64,000 nt of DNA, taken from positions 28,210,001 to 28,274,000 of the forward strand of contig NW_026889758.1 of assembly GCF_033153115.1 (NCBI RefSeq), read 5' to 3'. Made by a program: the position numbers and the translations under genes. The stretch is from Saccostrea echinata (lineage: Eukaryota). The notes under the pieces were generated by a model. The model worked only from the letters and a program-made list of their open reading frames with translations. It was not told where the DNA came from and ran no database searches. Numbering within the stretch: position 1 is the first letter of the stretch; each line of letters starts with the position of its first letter. Positions 61,967 to 64,000 of this stretch are shown here, one piece after another.

Positions 61967-64000
61967 AAAATAAAAATACGATTATTCTGTATGAAACAAA
62001 ATTAATTTCCTTTCTTTATCTTCAAATGGTAAGGCTGTGTGTAATAAGTAGTTTCAATCCTTTTTAAACGGCAGATAATGGTAAGGCATATATTTAAATT
62101 AATTTGTGTGTGTGTAATATGTCAGTGAAAGTTTTCGCCACGCAACTCAATATAGTGTGCCTGGCATCTCTCCTATAAAAATACATTAGCCTTTTGAACA
62201 GTTGAAGGAATCCAATGAGATACACCCGTGAGCTACGAAAGGGGGGAAGAGCTCTCTTTCCTCGAGTGTGTAACAGAAAGAAAATGTGACAGACCAGACC
62301 AGGACTAGAAGCCGGCAGGATCTTTTGAACTCTAGATACGTGATCTAGTAACTGAGGTTTTCAGTCGTCAGCCATCTGCGTTCGAACCTGCTCGGCCGCT
62401 ACAAGATTTTTTTTTTTTAACATTTCCGGTCCCGAACACATCAATTACATATTCTAAATTTATATGCCATAGATAAGCCTGTGTAAAAGACCAGAAAAAA
62501 GTGAATTGAAAAAAACTCATATGTCATTTAACTGAAGTATGAAAGTGTATTTAAAAATCACAATTTGAATCTCATACTGCATGCTGTGTTTTGTTAATCT
62601 CCATCGAAATGAGTGCAGTTAGAAAGCTGAATTTACACTAAGAAATTTATGTGATTGTGATAGACTATAGTTTATTTACCTTATAACATAATTAAGATAT
62701 TACACATCGAATTCATTTACTATAACAATTAGAAAATAGCATAAACACATTTGTAAAAGGAAAGAAGAATCTATGATTTGACCAATATAATAAAAACAAA
62801 AACTTTTTATTTGAAAGAAATTATTTTCCTTTTACTCGAACAAGATTTTCGAATCTGATAATACTCAAAATAAAAACAATATCCCCAAAATGTTTCATTA
62901 TTTGATTCTATATTCATATTATGGAATTTTATGAATTTTCTTTTCTTTATTATTGTACAAAGGACTACATTGAAAAAAGCTATGATTTAACCAATAGTAA
63001 ACATTTAATTTATGGAGGCCACTCTTCCCCCTTTCCACCATCTAATTAATCAGTTGCTTTAACTGCTTATGAGAGCTTTATTGAAAAGCTCAACCAAAAT
63101 CCCAGACCATATCTACTTCGTCAATAATTACAATTACATGACACATTTTTTTGTAAAGCAATGCACATATAAATATTTAATAATAAAATTTAATAATAAA
63201 ACCCCACAAATTCCTTCTTCTCCGACGAATATTTCTAAGCTGTCTGAATCTTGTCTCTCCATATTTTTGCTTTTGATTGTGTCATTAGATCACTGCCTAT
63301 AAATGTTAATCATACTCCAATTTAATTGCTGTATTAATAATCCAGGTGCGAGAATTAAGAAAAAAGCTTCTTGTATAGGGGTTGACTTACTTACGTTATC
63401 ATAATACTAGTGTCTTTTATTAATTTTCAATCTAAAGTTGTAATTATTTTCAACTTTAGATTGAAAATTAATAAAAGACACTAGTACCTCAATTACCAAT
63501 ACATTTAAAATGTACATCATTGTTATTTTACCCATGCATTCTTTCTTTAAAAAAATCGATTTCATTAACAAACACTTAACGGTTCAAATTAAATTGTTAA
63601 AATACTTTGCATACAAACGCAAAGTATGGGAATACAAGCATGCATACTTAGAACTCCTAAATAAACCCATCCCATCCTACGTGACTAGGAATCATTAATG
63701 ATACAGAAAACATAGAAACTACTACCAAAAAAAAAATTCACAGAAAAAAGTTTAATTCTATCATTCACCAATGCATACCAGAAAAAAAAAACTGCAACTA
63801 TAAAGCCAACTGATAAACAATGGATTCTCTTTTTTAAAAAAAAAAAAAAAAAACTCCATGTATCCGTAAAAGTTAATAAATCAAAGTACTGACAGTACTG
63901 AAAAGCGCTAAGCTAACTTAGTTAAAGTATTCTGATGAATACAATCTTGATAAATATGCCCTTTTTCAGAAATTGTCACAAGGGAGGCAAACTATTTTTT

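Overview
AT-rich, intron-containing animal DNA, most likely an oyster-type bivalve (inferred from the repeat types and the shell-protein-like genes). It carries five host genes. Two are secreted low-complexity proteins on + (Met/Asn/Gly-rich, CDS from 13433; Gly/Tyr/Ser-rich, 29978-31113). The others are NAA30 (-), COA6 (+) and a BRMS1-like Sin3/HDAC subunit (-). Much of the rest is transposon-derived: a 5'-truncated Tx1/L1 LINE inside a microsatellite, a Penelope-like RT relic with a tRNA-SINE inserted, many MITEs, and satellite-bearing Helentron-like (HINE) elements. The most striking region is 17745-27458, a five-level nest. One PIF/Harbinger-type MITE holds four same-family copies in the same orientation. 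One of those holds a hairpin-ended element, which holds a 6.5-kb ISL2EU-type transposon (THAP-DDE transposase plus SWIM-YqaJ nuclease, AT TSD). Two more hairpin-ended elements lie in the transposase introns. The three hairpin-ended elements have unrelated bodies but one shared design: an internal segment is the reverse complement of their two ends joined together (DIRS ICR-like, 'self-splinting'). Exon models were read by eye. Assembly gap at 61801-61966.
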